A stretch of DNA of 64,000 bases from Spirochaetaceae bacterium (GTDB lineage: Bacteria; Spirochaetota; Spirochaetia; DSM-2461): the NCBI GenBank assembly GCA_051531975.1, contig JAOPTT010000004.1:64001-128000 (forward strand), read 5' to 3'. The notes under the pieces were generated by a model. That model was given only the letters and a program-made list of their open reading frames with translations. It was not told where the DNA came from and did not search any database. A program made the translations under genes and the position numbers. Shown here piece after piece: positions 61,350 to 64,000 of the stretch; positions within the stretch are counted from its first letter, which is position 1, and every line of letters begins with the position of its first letter.

Positions 61350-63137
61350 TTTTTCTGAATAACTTCCTCTAATTTCATTCATAAAAAGGTCTCCATATGT
61401 TTCAAGCTTCTTTTGCCCAACTCCATTAACTAATAGAAAGTCATCTGAAGTCTCAGGTTTAAGAGAACTCATATCTGCTAATGTTTTGTCTGAAAAAACA
61501 ACATACGGTGGAACATTTTTCTCCTTAGCAATTTTAAACCTTAATACCCTAAGTTTTTCAAACAACTCTTGATCAGCGGTCAAAGGTTCTGATGATCTTT
61601 TAGGTTTTGTTTTAGGTTCAACTCTCTTAACCATTTCTAGTGATTCTCTACCAAGTAAAACTTCTCTTCCCTTCATTGTTAATACAAGAGCATTAAATCG
61701 TTCTGAGTCTTGTATTAGACACTCTTGTCCTAATAACTCATCGATAACCGAATGCCAGAAGTCTTTGGTTTGATCTTTACCTATTCCATAGGTTTTTATT
61801 TTATCATGTCCAAATTTAAGAACTTTTGCATTATTAGAACCTCGAATAACATCAACGTTATGAACAATACCAAATCTCTCTCCTGTTCGTACTATAGCTG
61901 AGAGTATTTTCTGAGAATCTACTGAGATATCAACCATCTCGTTTTCGTTATTACAGACATCACAATTACCACAATTACCAGGATGTTCTTCTTGGAAATA
62001 GGCTAAAAGTTGTTTACGTCTACAAACATTTCTAGATGCATAACTTACCATCTTATTTAGGTTGTTTCTTGCTTTTGTCTGTTCTTGTTGTTCTGGCATC
62101 TGTTCGATAAAATAATTTATTTTTGCACTATCCCCTCGACTAAATAGAAGGATACACTCTGAAGCTGAACCGTCACGTCCCGCTCTACCTGTTTCTTGAT
62201 AATAACCCTCTACATTTTTAGGTAGATCCCCATGAATAACGAAACTAATATTACTTTTATCAATACCCATCCCAAAAGCGATTGTAGCAACAACAATATC
62301 AACTTCATCTTTGTTAAATCTATCCTGATTTGTAGCTCTATCCTTGTCAGATAATCCTGCATGATAAGGAATTGCCTTTATTCCATTTTGAGATAGGTGA
62401 GTAGCTGTTTTTTCTACATCTTTTCTAGACGTTCTGTAAATTATTCCAGACTTTCCTGTTCTATCTTTTGTGAGTTTTAGAAGTTGGGTTTTAACATCTA
62501 GTTTCTTTATTATTCTGTATGTTATTTCTGGCCTATCGAAGGATGCCCTTGTTATATATGGGAGATTAAGTTGTAATTTATCTATAATATCTGTCTGTAC
62601 TTGTTGTGTTGCTGTCGCTGTAAATGCTGCGACAATAGCTTTTGGAAAAGTGACTTTAATTTTTGAAAGAGATAAATAGTCTGGTCTAAAGTCGTGTCCC
62701 CATTCTGATAGACAGTGGGCTTCATCTACTGCGAAGAGGCTAATATCAAGTTCTTTTAATGTATCAACAAATGTTGGCAGTGCAAATCTTTCAGGAGATA
62801 TATATAATAATTTAATATTTTTTGCATGGAGTTTAGCATATACTTCTAAAGCTTCTTGGCTACTTAGAGAGCTATTAATATATGCTGCGGAGATACCACT
62901 ATCTACAGCTGAATCAACTTGGTCTTTCATTAAGGCAATAAGTGGACTTATAACAATAGTAAGACCAGGTAGAAGTAGAGCTGGAAGCTGGTAACATAAA
63001 GACTTTCCACCTCCTGTAGGCATCGCTGCAAATATATCTCTTCCCTCTAAAATTGAGGTAACAATATCTTCTTGATTCTTTTTAAAACCAGAAAACCCAA
63101 ATACTGACTGTAATGTTTTTTTAATATTCTTTTCCAT
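61344..63137 (-). CDS. recQ: DNA helicase RecQ
   Basis: MPTGGGKSLCYQ, DEAH, WGHDFR, QETGRAGRDG, Zn site CRR..CGNCDVC, RQC, HRDC; start set to ATG 63137 (track gives 63182). Confidence 0.96.
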   Translation of the reverse strand: MEKNIKKTLQSVFGFSGFKKNQEDIVTSILEGRDIFAAMPTGGGKSLCYQLPALLLPGLTIVISPLIALMKDQVDSAVDSGISAAYINSSLSSQEALEVYAKLHAKNIKLLYISPERFALPTFVDTLKELDISLFAVDEAHCLSEWGHDFRPDYLSLSKIKVTFPKAIVAAFTATATQQVQTDIIDKLQLNLPYITRASFDRPEITYRIIKKLDVKTQLLKLTKDRTGKSGIIYRTSRKDVEKTATHLSQNGIKAIPYHAGLSDKDRATNQDRFNKDEVDIVVATIAFGMGIDKSNISFVIHGDLPKNVEGYYQETGRAGRDGSASECILLFSRGDSAKINYFIEQMPEQQEQTKARNNLNKMVSYASRNVCRRKQLLAYFQEEHPGNCGNCDVCNNENEMVDISVDSQKILSAIVRTGERFGIVHNVDVIRGSNNAKVLKFGHDKIKTYGIGKDQTKDFWHSVIDELLGQECLIQDSERFNALVLTMKGREVLLGRESLEMVKRVEPKTKPKRSSEPLTADQELFEKLRVLRFKIAKEKNVPPYVVFSDKTLADMSSLKPETSDDFLLVNGVGQKKLETYGDLFMNEIRGSYSEKL

Positions 63138-63222
63138 CACCGCTATAATATCATCTAATATTTCTTTTTCATATGACTTCACAAGTAATCTATATATGGA
63201 ATTTCAGTAAAAATTCAAAAAG

Positions 63223-63792
63223 TTAAAGATGCCTCAATAAGAATGTTTTAAAACCATCTGCCATATCCTTGTGTCTATTGTCTCTAATGTTGTAGGACAA
63301 TGAATCTAAAGGGAATCCTTTATGGCGGAAGTTTTTAGGAGTATCTGAGATATAAAACTTTTCTGTAGAAATATCTTCACCTTGGTGTGAGTAAATTTCA
63401 TCATCATTAATAATTAAACATATTGCATTCTGATAATATGCGATTATTTTTCCTCCGTATTGTTTTGCAAGTTTAGAATAGTACTCTATCATCTGCTCAT
63501 CAGTTAACTCTTTTCCGTTCACTCTACGAACATAGGTTCCAGGTTGATGTTCTGGTTTTACATTTTCAAAATAAAGTGCTGAATCACATGCAAAAACTGG
63601 AGTTTTAATAGCTTTATAATAAGCTTTTGCCTTAATTATTGCATTTTCTCGTGGAGTTAGCCCATTCTCTATGATTTTAATATGTGTTGTATCTAAACCA
63701 TTTAATGTGACAATTTTTATACCAGATCCGTCTAACATCTGTTTCATGTGGTCAATTTTTGAGATATTTGTTGTTCCGTATAATACTTCCAT
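63223..63792 (-). CDS. Ham1/RdgB-like non-canonical purine NTP pyrophosphatase, divergent C-terminus
   Basis: T.N..K, E.G....NA..KA, A.DS.L, PG....R; start set to ATG 63792. Confidence 0.8.
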   Translation of the reverse strand: MEVLYGTTNISKIDHMKQMLDGSGIKIVTLNGLDTTHIKIIENGLTPRENAIIKAKAYYKAIKTPVFACDSALYFENVKPEHQPGTYVRRVNGKELTDEQMIEYYSKLAKQYGGKIIAYYQNAICLIINDDEIYSHQGEDISTEKFYISDTPKNFRHKGFPLDSLSYNIRDNRHKDMADGFKTFLLRHL

Positions 63793-63938
63793 ATCCACAA
63801 TTATATATATTAAAAAGTTAATAATACAGCTCAAACTTTTCTTACAATTATGTTATTGCAAATGAGTTCTCTTACATAAATGTTCTATTAAGTAATCAAA
63901 AAGATGCTCTAAGTACATTATTCACCCCTTAAAATATG

Positions 63939-63955
63939 TTGGCATGACTTTTGCA
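63939..63955 (+). promoter_or_regulatory. sigma54 (-24/-12) promoter
   Basis: TTGGCAT-GACTT-TTGCA matches TGGCA(C/T)-N5-TTGCW with exact GG-N10-GC spacing; SD and ATG follow. Confidence 0.75.
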
Positions 63956-63991
63956 ATATGAGTTGTATACAAACAAAAACTGGAGAAATTT

Positions 63992-64000
63992 ATGTTACGA
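63992..64000 (+). CDS. start of a gene running off the window (MLR...)
   Basis: GGAG at 63982-63985, ATG at 63992, downstream of the sigma54 promoter. Confidence 0.55.

Noticed and set aside
1280..63865. About 40 short ORFs in the track nested in or antisense to long genes (e.g. 8550-9254, 30107-30676, 52331-52687)
   Set aside because: Shadow frames of well-supported genes, with no recognisable motifs

Overview
AT-rich (roughly 30% GC by eye), gene-dense bacterial chromosome segment with about 59 CDS. It contains no rRNA, tRNA, CRISPR, phage or IS element. The gene content (CheX, MCP, WG-repeat and LFSC/FFGC-type lipoproteins, TolC) suggests a free-living spirochaete; this is an inference. 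Housekeeping content: RND efflux triad, radA/ogt/polB/nth/recQ repair genes, metA, pyrC, engB, trxB, arginase, livKHMGF, a heterodimeric ABC exporter and znuCB-like genes. Signalling content is rich: a GAF/HD-GYP phosphodiesterase, a hybrid kinase-CheR-CheB-diguanylate cyclase operon and a REC-CheC-PAS/GGDEF triad. Most notable observations: (1) many genes carry a sigma70 -35/N17/-10 promoter ending 5-7 nt before an SD-less ATG, suggesting widespread leaderless mRNAs; (2) polB has 108 conserved N-terminal codons with no ATG/GTG/TTG start (ATT start, +1 frameshift or sequencing error); (3) an intact L-serine dehydratase homologue has lost all three Fe-S cysteines; (4) an orphan, internally deleted dipicolinate synthase A homologue lies next to a metal ABC transporter lacking a binding protein; (5) a methylation-tuned kinase appears wired to c-di-GMP synthesis; (6) a sigma54 promoter with tandem upstream sites lies at the right edge.
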